A DNA stretch of 64,000 nucleotides, taken from assembly GCF_009914755.1 (NCBI RefSeq), contig NC_060932.1. The stretch is one strand, 5' to 3'. Positions 18,554 through 37,830 of the stretch are shown one piece after another. The notes under the pieces were generated by a model. That model made no database searches, was not told the DNA's origin, and was given only the letters and a program-made list of their open reading frames with translations. Origin of the DNA: the human T2T-CHM13v2.0 reference genome, Homo sapiens. The position numbers and the translations under genes are program-made. Numbering within the stretch: position 1 is the first letter of the stretch; every line of letters begins with the position of its first letter.

Positions 18554-19580
18554 ATGGGGAGAAACCAGAGCAGAAAAGCTGAAAATTCTAAAAATCAGAG
18601 TGCCTCTTCTCCTCCAAAGGAACACAGCTCTTCACCAGCAACAGAACAAAGTTGGATGGAGAATGACTTTGAGGAGTTGACGGAAGTACGCTTCAGATGA
18701 TCGGTAATAACAAACTTCTCCAGGCCAAAGGAGGATGTTCAAACCCTCCACAAAGAAGGTAAAAACCTTGAAAAAAGATTAGACAAATGGCTAACTAGAA
18801 TAAACAGCATAGAGAAGACCTTAAATGACCTGAAGGAGCTGAAAACCATGGCATGAGAACTACATGACACATGCACAAGCTTGAGTAGCCGATTCAATCA
18901 AGTGGAAGAAAGGGCATCAGTGATTAAAGATCAAATGAATGAAATGAAGTGAAAAGAGAAGTTTAGAGAAAAAAAGAGTAAAAAGAAATGAACAAAGCCT
19001 CCAAGAAATATGGGACTATGTGAAAAGACCAAATATACATCTAATTCATGTACCTGAAAGTGACGGGGAGAATGGAACCAAGTTGGAAAACACTCTTCAG
19101 GATATTATTCAGGAGAACTTCCCCAACCTAACAAGGCAGGCCAACATTCAAATTCAGGAAATACAGAGAACTCCACAAAGATATTCCTTGAGAAGAGCAA
19201 CTCCAAGACACATAATTATCAGATTCACCAAAGTTGAAATGAAGGAAAAAATGTTAAGGGCAGCCAGAGAGAAAGATTGGGTTACCCACAAAGGGAAGCC
19301 CATCAGACTAACAGTGGATCTCTCAGCAACAACTCTACAAGCCAGAAGAGAGTGGGGACCAATATTCAACATTCTTAAAGAAAAGAACTTTCAACCCAGA
19401 ATTTCATATCCAGCCAAAGTAAGCTTCATAAGTGAAGGAGAAATAAAATCCTTTACAGACAAGCAAATGCTGAGAGATTTTGTCACCACCAGGCCTGCCT
19501 TACAAGAGCTCCTGAAGGAAGCACTAAACATGGAAAGGAACAACCAGTACCAGCCACTGCAAACACATGCCAAATTGTAA
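18554..19580 (+). pseudogene. L1 ORF1p, disrupted
   Basis: ATG at 18554, premature stops in the 5' half; intact C-terminal 186-aa frame 19020..19580. Confidence 0.93.
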
Positions 19581-19643
19581 AGACCATCGATGCTGGGAAG
19601 AAGCTGCATCAACTAACGAGCAAAATAACCAGCTAACATCATA

Positions 19644-23790
<4,147 letters not shown>

Positions 23791-24563
23791 TGAACAATGA
23801 GAACACTTGGACACAGGGTGGGTAGCACCACACACCAGGGCCTGTCGTGGGGTGGGGGGAGGGGGGAGGGATAGCATTAGGCAATATATACCTAATGTAA
23901 ATGATGACTTAATGGGTGCAGCACACCAACATGGCACATGTATACATATGTAACAAACCTGCACATTGTGCACTTGTACCCTAGAACTTAAAGTATAATT
24001 TTAAAAAAAAGAATTTGGCTTTTTTCATTCCTAATTCCTAAGAGATACTCTCTGGATTCTTAGAATTTCTCAAATGATAAAGAGTGTCTTTGGTATTTAT
24101 GGGGTCTTGATAATTTATGCTAACCAGGGACTCATGATGCATGCTTAAACACTATATGCTAATAAGTTAGTTCAGGATAGAGGTTGGCCATGCTGGAAAG
24201 ACCAATCATGTGACTAGAGAGTTAAGACATTCAGTCAAGTAATACTAGCCTGATTTCTGGGAAAGAGTGGCCTGGAGATTGATTTTGGTCACAATTAACC
24301 CCCGATAAACACTCTGAATTCTGAGGCTTAGATGAGTGTCTCTAGTGATGACACAGACTGGTGTGCCTGGGGGGTGGTAAGTCCTGAGGGCACAGAAGGT
24401 TTATGTCTGAGACCCCTCAGACCTCATCCTATGGATCTCCTTTTTGACTGGATGTTACTTGTATAATAAAAATGCAATCAAATTTATGACACTTTCCTGA
24501 GTTCTAGGAGTCATTCTAACAAATTATTGAACCTGAAGGCTTATGGAAACCCACAATTTTTAG

Positions 24564-24941
<378 letters not shown>

Positions 24942-26474
24942 TGGTGTCTGATATTTAAAGGTCAAGTTCATCAAGGATTGTGCCCTTAGATGGTGAAGTT
25001 TGATCTCTGGGTAGTTAGCGTCAGAACTGCACTGCACAAACAAAAAGCTGTCAAAACCTGTCATCCTTTAAGTTTTAACTTATCCAAAGTATGTGTAATA
25101 ATCCCCATTTGTAAATATCAAAGCATTTCTCCATCTTATGCACAATACTTACAGAGTAAAAGACAGCTTTAGAGCCAGAAAAGCCTGATTTTCAATTCTG
25201 ACATTGCCATTTACCAGCGATGAGACCTTGGACAACTATGGAACTTAGATAAGCTATTATCCTATTAGAGGTCACTTTGCTCAACTCTACAATGGGAAGA
25301 TTCAAAATAAACTTCATGCTCTACAGTCATAAATCAAAGTAGATTTATGATACAAGATGATGTTACACCTGGGGAAGACAGATTTCTACTTTCTCAGAAA
25401 AATACTGCCAAGCTTGAATTCTATTCAGAGAAACTCTCCTTTGTGGCACTCAGACCACAGGAAAGCTCCCAGAACCATCTTCATAATCAAATGGTGGGGA
25501 GCCAAAGATGATCTTTTCCTATTTTTATTTAGGTAAGCCATTATCTCTCTCAATCTCTTCTCAATCTCTTATCTCTTCTTCCCTTTCTTCTCTCTCCCTC
25601 TTTCTCTTTCTCTCTGCCTCCCTCCTTTCTAAGAATTCGTAACTGGACAAAAACAATAACCTCTCATGTCTGTCTGTATCATGGCTGTCATGAAATAGTC
25701 GTGTGACATATTATTCAATTTACATATACACCAAACAAAAAAAAGGACTGGATTTTTATTTTCTTTAAAAAGTTTAAATCCTCCACATGGTCTTAGCAGA
25801 AGTTAAATCAATGCAATCACTATTGAATGTGACCATGAAGTAAACCACTGAGACACTACATAGCTAACTGCAGGAAGCATTAAGACATGATGCCTTTGAA
25901 TGAAGTTTATGATTGCAGCAAGGAAATAACGGATCTCTTCCTTACCAGGGCGCATTCTTTGCATCTTAAGAAACTGTGAACAAACTTGCCTCTCTCTACA
26001 ATACCCTTCCCACGACCTACCGCAAGTTAGACCTTCTCTAAGAAATTCCGAGCCTCCCTTCTACTTACATGCAGTGTGATATATCCTATTGCCATACTAT
26101 GATCTGTTTGTGCATCTGTTGTCAAGTCTAGAGAGAAGAGTTGGTGTTTTGTGAATTTCTATAGCCCCAAGGCTAGCATCATGGCTAGTACATAGGTGAT
26201 GAATTGAGAATAGAACAGAATTCCAACAAAACAAATAATAATAAGCTCATTACTGTTTGCATTGGTTTGAAAAAATTTGCTTCAATATCATTTAGTCCCA
26301 CACACAGTACTTTGACATATTCTATGTGAAAAATCCCTATCCTAGGCAGTGGCTTAGGAGGAGGGAAAGTGAGTACTAGTTATAACAGTGAACCAGGCTC
26401 TGCCTTTAAGGGATTTGCAAAATATTGGGAAACATATACAGATACAGCTATCTCTTCTGCCAAAATAATGTGGA

Positions 26475-26875
26475 CTATGGCAAACCTATGAAGATAGTAA
26501 AAACACCAGTGGTTGCCAGGCACGGGGGAGAAGGCAGGATAAATAGGCTAAGCACAGAGGATTTTTCGAGCAATGGAACTACTGTGTATGATACTATAAG
26601 AGTGGATGCACGTCACTCATTATACGTCTGTCCAAACCCATATAGAATGTGCAACATAAAGAAGGAACCCTCGTGCAAACTAGGAACTTTGGGTGATAAT
26701 GACACGTCAGTAGAGGTTCATCTGCTGTAACAAAGGCACCACTCAGGTAGGAGATGTTGATAATGAAGAAGGCTATGCATGTGAGGGCACAGGAGGTATG
26801 TAGGAAATCTCTGCACCTTCCTCTTTATTTTCCTTTACTGGGAACCTGAAATCTCTTTTAAAAAGTCTTTAAAAA
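26475..26875 (+). mobile_element. L1MC-type 3'-end fragment
   Basis: cagtggttgccagg...tgtatgatactata...tgtaacaaaggcaccactc...gaaatctctgcaccttcc. Confidence 0.75.
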
Positions 26876-27647
26876 ATGAAAAAAGAATGGGACTGCTGGG
26901 GAATATGAAATGAGCTTCTTCAGAAAAGGTGGGAATGAGCCACACTAAGCACAGGGAGCAGCATGGGCAAAGGCCCAGAAGGCTGGGCACACTCTGCTCC
27001 AGCTTTGGTTCATTCCCACGTGGATGGAACAAGAGTGAGGTATGGGGTGTATGAAGTCAGACAGAGAGAGAGAACCCACGCCATAGAAAAACTTGAATGC
27101 CTTGTATAAATGAGTCATCTGGTCTTTATACCACAGGTCATAGATTCTTGGAATTAAAAAAAAATTTTATCAGATTCATCACAGACAGTTAAGACAGGAA
27201 ACAGAAAGTGCAGAAAGTAAGTCAGTTGCCAAAATAGCAAATAATTAGTTTCACTATTGCAACTATAGAAAAATGAAAGTAGCAGAAGATCTAATTGAAA
27301 GAGAATGGATTTAGAGTCAAATACTAATGAATAGTGTTAGTTAACGTGCATTCAGAATGCCTTTATGCCAGTTGCTCTTTTAAGTGTTTTATGGACTGAT
27401 CAATCCACTAGTCACAGCAATCCCCTGGAGGAGAAATTACAAGCCCTTTTGCCCAATTTCACACGGTTAATAATTGTTAGGGGGAAAGACTCAAAACCAG
27501 ACAATCTGACAATCTGGCTAACTCTTCAGGCTTTAGGCGAACCTCCCAATTGTCTTGGGATAGAGAGGCATGGTGTGGGTGTTGGGGGAGCAGAGACAAA
27601 GACAGATATTGCAGCGTGCCCGGCACATGGCACATGTTTAGGCCATG

Positions 27648-28005
27648 TGATATGGTTTGGCTGTGTCCCCACCCAAACCTTATCTTGAATTGCAGCTCCC
27701 TTAATTCCCATATGTTGTGGGAGGGACCTGGTGGGACTTAATTGAATCATGGGGGCAGTTTCCCCCATCTGTTCTCGTGCTCGTGAATACACCTCACAAG
27801 ATCTGATGGTTTTATAAAGGGAAAACCCTTTCACTTGGCTCTCATTCTCTCTTTGCCTGCTGCCATGTAAGACGTGCGTTTCACCTTCCACCGTGTGATG
27901 CCTCCCTAGCCACGTGGAACTGTGAGTCCATTAAACCTCTTTTTCTTTATAAGTTACCCAGTCTTGGGTATGTCTTTATCAACAGCATGAGAACATACTA
28001 ATACA
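27648..28005 (+). mobile_element. THE1 (ERVL-MaLR) solo LTR
   Basis: tgatatggtttggctgtgtcccc...actaataca; perfect TSD ccatg. Confidence 0.93.
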
Positions 28006-28051
28006 CCATGAACAAATGCTATTGTCACAGACCATGAACAAATGCTATTAT

Positions 28052-28230
28052 GGCTTTTGTTAGTTGTTTTTTCCTTTTAGAGACAGGGTCTCACCTGTCA
28101 CCCAGGCTGGAGTTCAGTGACAGGAGGCACGGTCACAGCTCACTGTAGCCTCAAACTCCTGGGCTCAAGCAAACCTCCCACCTCAGCCTCTCGAGAAGCT
28201 TGGACTACAGGTGTGAGCCACCATGCCCAG
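28052..28230 (-). mobile_element. Alu monomer (FLAM/AluJ-like)
   Basis: Single Alu arm flanked by TSD caaatgctattat. Confidence 0.85.
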
Positions 28231-28684
28231 CAAATGCTATTATTTTAACATAGAAATGGAAATCTTTTATTTCCCTTTTTTCCTTACACTAGAAGAATGG
28301 AATATAATTGTATCTGATAACGTCATGGCAAGGCGTAAGTATTAAGGTCACTGGGTTCTTGAGGGAAGAGAAAATAGTTCTTTATCACTCATGCTTTTGA
28401 TCTGGGGTTAAAGAATCATCAAAATGCTTTGTGAGAGATCAAGGAGTTCAAGAAAAGCTTCCAGTATGGAGAAGGGGTACAGATATTTCTGTAAAAGTAG
28501 TCTGAGGGATAGAGAAGGCTCAGGTCAGAGGTCCATGGAGAGAAGCCTGGAGAAGAGAGACCCGCCTCTGAGAGTGACTGCCTTTGTTCTTCCAGGAAGA
28601 TGAGTGCACCTGCACTGTGCCGGAGTCCCAGCCTCAAGCTCAACACAGAAGCTGCAAAGAGAGGCTGGTCCTAAAATATGACAT

Positions 28685-29134
28685 TGTGAAAGGAAAATAT
28701 CTTGAGGCCCCCAAAATCACTAAGCTAAAGGGAAAAGCCAAGCTGGGAACTGCTTAAGGCAAACCTGCCTCCCATTCTATTCAAAGCTACCCCTCTGCTC
28801 ACTGAGATAAATGCATATCTGATTACCTCCTTTGGAGAGGCTCATCAGAAACTCAAAAGAATACAACCATCTGTCTCTTATCTATCCATTACCTGAAAGC
28901 CCCCTCCCCGCTTAGAATTGTCCCGTCTTTCCACACTGAACCAGAGTTCATCTTATGTATCTTGATTGATGTCTCATGTCTCCCTAAAATGCATAAAACC
29001 AAGCTGTGCTCTGACCACCTTGGGTACATGTCGTCAGGACCTCCTGAGGCTGTGTCACGGGTGCATGTCCTCAACCTCAGCAAAATAAACTTTCTAAATT
29101 AACTAAGACCTATCTCAGGTTTTTGGGATTCACA
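28685..29134 (+). mobile_element. MER4A-type ERV1 solo LTR
   Basis: tgtgaaaggaaaata...ggattcaca; 4-bp TSD acat; AATAAA near the 3' end. Confidence 0.88.
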
Positions 29135-29254
29135 ACATAAATATGGATAACCAATGGATTAGAGGAACCACACGTTCGGACAATCTTAGAAAGATCTTCT
29201 GCAACCATGTCTTGTTGCTGTTTGACTCCAGGGCACTGACGTGAGAGGTGGTGA

Positions 29255-29674
<420 letters not shown>

Positions 29675-30730
29675 TAAAAAAATAGAGATATGTGTTATAA
29701 CTTCACCTGTGAGTTGAGGGACTGAGATTCATATTCACAAGAATGTATGTTAATATGTGCAGAAAAAAAGACTGGAAGACAATCTGCAACAAAACCTAAT
29801 AATGATAATACTAGAGGATCTGCTAGTGGGCGATTAATTTAAATTTCTTCTCCAACAGTTCAGATTCTCTGTAGTTAAATCATGTAACTCTAATGAAGAT
29901 GCACTTACATATTAATATACATGCATACCTATGTATGCATACATACACATACATATATATGCAAACACACATACATACATGCACACACACACCTCACAGA
30001 AGAAAACGTCTCAGTGTCATGTTTTAAACTTGTTTTGACCAGTTGGTTTGGAGGCTCTCTGGCCTGTACACTTTATAACTGCCATACACTATACTGACAC
30101 TAGATGTCAGGGTATAACTGAGAACCAAATAACCGTATATTTGCAAGGTTGCACTGCCCTTGGAAGTCACTTGGATTTTTAAAATATCCTACAAGTCTCA
30201 GGTAGCAGAATCTTTGAAATTTAGCCATTTTAAAGCATCATTTAAATGATGGGCACCTAAACATGATGATTTAAAACTTGCACAGACAGCGAGGCAGAGC
30301 ACGGACTTTGGAATCAGAGTTGGCGTTGAACGTCGGCTTTAATAAGCCTTGTGATCTTTAATACATGCTTATACTTAGTGCCTCAGATTCTCTCTGTGGC
30401 ATTGAGTTTGTAGGGTTGTTTATAGGATTAAAGAGATAAAACACCCAAAACCTCCAGCACAGAGCCTGATGTTTTTCTGATCCTCGAAGGGACACAGGAC
30501 AATTTAGCTTGTTGGGTTTCCAGGAGCAGGGCCGTGGGGCAGGACAAGAAACGAGCCTTGACCTCTTGCCCACTCCCCACTTGACCTCTCAGTCCATTAA
30601 CAAACTCTGTGTGAAAGCATGTGTGAAAGCAGCAAAACAGGTTGCACTCTGGATACATATACACAAACAATACACACAAACATGTGATCTTTTCCTCCTG
30701 AAATGAATCATTCATCTATTAATCCATATA

Positions 30731-31750
<1,020 letters not shown>

Positions 31751-32032
31751 TAAAGTTCACCTGGAAATCATATTTATTTGAATGGCACATTTGAGATAAG
31801 AAAGAATCTTCATCTGACTTTCATGTCACTCTGGTGTGGGGGTGGGCAGGCTGTGGTGCCCATTTTGCAGGTGAAAACGCTGAAGCACTACGTATAATTC
31901 CACTCCAGAAGGAGTCAGGGAGGAAGTCTTTCATGGTTATTTTGTTAGATCGTTTTGTCTATTTCATGGAAACAAAGTCATTTCAAACCATTACTTTGTT
32001 TCCTCTCTATGAACTGACATAATCCTTCATTA

Positions 32033-32326
<294 letters not shown>

Positions 32327-33535
32327 TCAGAGGTTTCCAAACCGTTGCCCCCTCTTCCTAATCCCGGGAAAATACTCGGTTCTCAGCTGACTCTGGCAAT
32401 TGTCTGCCCATCATCCTTTTCTTCCACCCACCTACTTAGCCCCCAGAGCCATAGTCTGCTTTGTTTTGGAACTGGCTGAGGTGCTGAAGTTAGAGGACAT
32501 GGATTGTAGGATTAGCAGAAACTTGACAAGAGTATTTATCATCGACCATTTTAGTGGAATATAATAAATACCACATTAGTGGAAAGCAAGCTGAGTTTTT
32601 AAATGACTAGAAATTTAGAAATTTTAAATTAGCATTTTGAAAAAAATGTAAATGTATGTATCTTTTACTCTTTTCTTACTTCTTAGACCACTTAGGATCT
32701 GGTCATATTTTGGCATATTTGAATTAAAACCTATCTAAAATACCTTTTCTATTGATTATTACATGGATAGTGGCATCCTGGATGAAGGTATAAATTTCCC
32801 TAGATCAAGGGCCATATTTTTTGGTTTCCCCTGTAAGATGAAGAAAAAATGTCCCATATTCTTTCTTTATGACATATATATCCTTCCATCAACAGGAATT
32901 CAATTCCAGAGTTTGGAATAATCACCATTCCTAATTCGAAGGCTGGGGTGGTAGAAAGTGTGTATTCCCTTCTCATCAAGTTTCTACAGTAGGGGAAGAG
33001 TTTATTTTACTCTATAAAGGAAAAAGCATGAACATTTCATCATTTTTTTCCATGCCAACTCAATCACTCTTCCCTCAAGGGAAGAAGGAGCCTTACGGAG
33101 TCTATGAGTTTTGGGAAGACTTGAGCTTGCAGAGCTAGATTATGTGTGTCTGTCCATCACTCTTGTTGGAGCAGCTCGGCCTCTGGAAGCCCCCCTTCTC
33201 CAGTCTTGTAGACCAGCTGCCTGTAGAAGAGCTTTGTAGCTGTGAAACTCTGCACAGACTCAAAGCAAATTCTCAAACTCAGCATTCTCAGTAACAGATG
33301 CAATGAAGATAAATGTATGGAAATATATAATATTTATGTATGTATATTTCATATAATATACATAGTGAATTTACATATTAACTATGATTTCATATACATA
33401 TCTATTTAATATACATATTAAATATGTATATTTTGTTTCCTTCTCATTTTTCAATTGGATCTTAACCCACCACAAGGGAAGGGTTATTTTCTCTTCATCA
33501 AAGCCCTGAAGGCTGCTACAACTTCATAACTCTGA

Positions 33536-33835
33536 ATTCTCGGAATATTTAACTCTTTAAATGTTCTTCTCTGAATATTTAACTCTTTAAATGTTCTTCT
33601 CTGAATATTTAACTCTTTAAATGTTCTTCTCTGAATATTTAACTCTTTAAATGTTCTCTGAATATTTAACTCTTTAAATGTTCTCTGAATATTTAACTCT
33701 TTAAATGTTCTTCTCGGATTATTTAACTCTTTAAATGTTCTTCTCGGAATATTTAACTCTTTAAATATTCTTCTCAGCATATTTAACTCTTTAAATATTC
33801 TTCTCAGCATATTTAACTCTTTAAATATTCTCATC
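33536..33835. repeat. Minisatellite, 10 copies of a 30-bp unit (two are 27 bp) GAATATTTAACTCTTTAAAT(G/A)TTCTTCTCT
   Basis: Units counted directly; also visible as 10 x FKELN in ORF 33484..33885. Confidence 0.97.
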
Positions 33836-34455
33836 TGAGTGTTTAAATGGAGTTTTATTGCACTCAATTCTGTACCTTTTGCCACCTTCTGAATCTGGAA
33901 CTTCTGGACCAGTTTTGGTTTTATTAGAAAATATGCTGAGCACCTGTGAACTTAGGCTGGTGTGCACAGGCTGGGAAGTACACCTAGAGGATTGCAGCTT
34001 GATTTTAGGTCGAACAAGCCAACATTCATGAAAAAAACAAGCGATTAAGCAATATAGCAGGACAGGTGTGGGAGAGTCTGGTCTAAGTTATGTTATGCAG
34101 GCTGTGATCTAGGGAAATGCAGCTTCTTGAGCACAGGGCTTTCGTGAATGTGACCAAGTACCTAAAGCAATGCCTAGCAAGTGTTGAAAAACTGACTGAA
34201 AATGCTAAAGGGTACATAGGAATCAGCGCCTATCTCTGATTGCAGGAAACTGAGGAGTCTGGCTCTAGGCCAAAATCCTGTGCATGACTTCTCAGACCCA
34301 ACCATAGGCAACTGCAAGGTTTTGCTAGGCAGGCCTCATGGGAGAAGCTTCCCTGCCATCCTTAAATTTGATGCACAGCCAGTGCAGTGTGGCTGTCTGG
34401 AGGAAGTTGCAGGATAGTTGTGTCATGCAAGTTGTAACTAAGACACTGTTACTAT

Positions 34456-34760
<305 letters not shown>

Positions 34761-34832
34761 CACTATCTTTATTTGAAGATTAAATGTGGTTTAAGAAATG
34801 CGAATGGGTGCCAAGTTGACAAGGGGTGGATT

Positions 34833-35481
34833 TGTGATGGTTGATTTTGGATGTCACCATGATTGGATTATGTGATTCCCTATATAGCTGGTAAAGCACT
34901 ATACATTCTTAAACACTGCATGGATTATTCTCAATTCTTCTGCTGAAAGGGAAATGTAGGTGGTTTAGTGTGGATTAGAATGACTGGGCTGCCTCAGGGG
35001 TGTCTGTGAGGGTGTCTCTGGAGGAGACTGGCATGCAAATTGTGGGATTGAGTGGGGAAGATCTACCCTTAATGTGGGTGGCACCATCCAATTAGTTGGG
35101 TCCCGGATGAAATGAAAAGCAGAGGAAAGGCACATTCATCTCTCACTCTCTCTTGGGTCTGGAATGCTCTTCCCCTGCCCTTAGATGTCAGAACTCCAGG
35201 TTCTCCAGCTCTTGGACTCTGGGACTCTCAACAACACCCTCTGCACTCCATGCGCTCCCAGGCCTTTGGCCACCATCAGCTTCCTTGGTTCTGAGGAATT
35301 CCAACCTGGCCTGAGCCACGCTGCCAGCTCCCTTGGTCCTCCAGCTTGCAGAAGGCCCATCATGGGACTTCTTGGTCTCCACAATAAACTGAGCCAATTG
35401 TCCTAATATATTTCTTCTCATCTCTCTCTCTCCATGTATATCCTATGGGTTCTGTCTCTCTGGAGAACGCTGACAAAAACA
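34833..35481 (+). mobile_element. MLT2 (HERV-L) LTR preceded by a short HERV-L internal 3' remnant (from about 34408)
   Basis: tgtgatggtt...tctgtctctctggagaacgctgac; upstream gccaagttgacaaggggtgga polypurine-tract region. Confidence 0.85.
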
Positions 35482-36059
35482 GATCCTGGTAACAAAAATT
35501 ACCAGGTGCTAATTGACTGAAGCAAGTCGGGGAGAAGTGTTCCAGGCAGGGATGCTCTCCCCTCCATGGCAAAGATCACAGTTAGGAAACACCACAATCC
35601 ACCCCACTCAGCTCAACCAAAGGCAGTTGTGATGTCCACTTACCCTGCTCTGTGTTTTTACAATGCCTATCACCTTCCATCATGCTGCATAACTGATTGA
35701 TTCATAATGCTTATTGTTTAGCACCTGTCTTCCAACACATGCTGTTTTGTTCAATGATGCATATCCCAAGTGCCTTAGACAATGCCTCCCATACAGTGAA
35801 CAGTATTTGACTAAAACATACTTGTTAAATCAATAAAATTAATCAACATGGCATATGCAGGGAACTAGGGAGCTCTGCAAGAGTGGTTCAGACGGCTGAG
35901 GCTGCAGCAGGAAGGTCCCGAGCACTTTTTGAGTCTGGACTCTATGTGGGCAATGAGGAAGCAGTGAAGACCAATAGGCCAAGAAGGGCCACAGCCTCAT
36001 CTGTGTTTTAGAATGATCAGTCTGACCAGGCAGGGAGTCCGTGAGATAGTGGGTTTCTT

Positions 36060-36285
36060 TACATGTGTGGTGTATGCAGGCATGTGGTTACGGGTGTGGC
36101 ATGTGTGCATGTATGTTTTCCTGAGTGTATGCAAGTGCACATGTGTTTACATGGACATATCTGTGTTTATACAGGTGGAGGTGTGCATGTGTGTGCATAC
36201 GAGTGTAGCTGGGTGCATGCATGGTGCATATATGGGAATGTTATTGCTGCATGCACAAGTGCATGTTTACGTGTATGTGTTTTCT
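36060..36285. repeat. Degenerate (TG)/(TGCA)-rich low-complexity tract
   Basis: Alternating purine-pyrimidine composition. Confidence 0.75.
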
Positions 36286-36479
36286 GGTGTTCTGTGGAGA
36301 ATAAAGAGGGATAGGCTGAGAAAGGTCAATTTAAAGGCAACAATATTTGAACAATATTTAAAGGGAAAAACAACTTTCTCTCTGAATTAAGCAAACTGCA
36401 GGGAGAATGTGGAGTTGGAGTTGGAGTTGAGTTTATTATTAGCACAACTGGGAGTGAATCTTGATTTCTGACTCTCCAA

Positions 36480-36945
36480 GGCTCTGAATGACTCCCACCC
36501 CTGCCATCCCTGTAACTCCTCCACCTTCCTCTTCACACACTGCCCTCCAGCCCCACTGACGTTCTCCTAGATCTTTGGTGCAGCATTCAGGCTGTGTCTG
36601 GCCTCAGGGCCTTTGCCCTGGCTGTTACCTCCACCTGTAATGCACTGTCCTCCTGGGCTGCTTCCCACCCTCAGACCTCAGTGAGTATAAATGTCACCTT
36701 CTCTGAACTGTTCTCCTTTAACACCCTACTTTAGAGAGCCACTGGTCCTACTTGGTCAAATCAGGAACTTTCTATTACCCGGTTCTTTAGCCCCATCTTT
36801 AATTTTCTTGCTTATCTGCAAATTTATTTATTGTCTTCTCCGTCCAGTGAGGGCAGAGACCTTGTCTACCTTGTTAGCTTTTTAATTCATTGTATAGAAA
36901 GTCCCCAGATCAGTTCCTGGATATAATGGATGACGAATAATTATG
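36480..36945 (+). mobile_element. L2 3' fragment (approximate bounds)
   Basis: cctcagggcctttgccctggctgtt, aaatgtcaccttctc, tgagggcagagaccttgtct. Confidence 0.7.
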
Positions 36946-37624
36946 CAGAGGGAGGGAGGAAGGGAAGGAGAAAGGGAGCTGAGTAAATAAATACATTAGC
37001 AACTAAGGGTAGCATTAAGTAAATAAGAAATCCTCATTCCTTATCATCAAGAGGATCCCAACAGGAATCTGAACTCTGCCTTTGCCTTTTCAAACTGTCA
37101 CCTCCCATTCCCCTCCCTGCCCACTCCTCCCCTACCTCACCCATGGCAGAAGCCACACAAGTGGGGAGAGACAAGCCTGGAATGCAGCCTGCATAGGTCG
37201 GCCTTGCACACCTGTGTCTGAGCGTGCATGGCCCCTGTTCAGCACATGGTCACCTCCTCATCTTTCTAAATGACACTCTAGGGGAGCGGGCTTTGCTTGG
37301 AAACCAGTTGTTTGCACAGTAGGCAGAGACACTCCCATTCTGAGCATTCAGGCAGAATCCCTGGATTTTATTTGGGGTATTCTGTGCGGCACATAGGGAA
37401 AGAGTCTCCTGAAACATACAGGACCTGGTTCATCTCCTTTTTGTTTCAACGTCAGGTTTACCTGAGTCCGGGCTTATGCTGTCGGACTGTAACCCTGACT
37501 CCAGGAATACAGAGCGAAAGCATAAGAACACTTCTGTTTTAGAGGTTCAAAAATCTGCATTTCACTTTATTTCTTATCATGTGTTCTTTAAGATGATGGC
37601 TCAACAGTGCACAGAGAAGCCAAA

Positions 37625-37830
37625 GCAAGGAGGTTATGAGTGTGGCCTCTGGGCTCCAACAGATCCATGCTTGTGTCGCTTGCTGGCTGTGTGGTCTAAG
37701 ATAAGTTACTTAACCTCTCTGAGCCCAGGTTTCCCTAGTTTCTTCTTCTTTAAAGTGGGGAGAATAATAGTACCTACCTCATAGAGTTCATGTGAACATT
37801 AAACGAGCCAAAGCATGTAACGCACTCAGT
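37625..37830 (+). mobile_element. MIR
   Basis: Core aagttacttaacctctctgagcc...aataatagtacctacctcatagag. Confidence 0.8.

Noticed and set aside
23849-23870. G-quadruplex-forming tract (also near 13222-13244)
   Set aside because: Standard feature of L1PA 3'UTRs, not specific to this locus.
28006-28051. Direct repeat ccatgaacaaatgctatt x2
   Set aside because: Small local duplication between the THE1 and Alu-monomer target sites; no sign of function.
33536-33835. CRISPR-like array of palindromic ~30-bp repeats
   Set aside because: Units are head-to-tail with no unique spacers, there are no cas genes, and the context is a human intron.
36013-36390. Val/Cys-rich ORFs
   Set aside because: Artefact of TG-rich low-complexity sequence.
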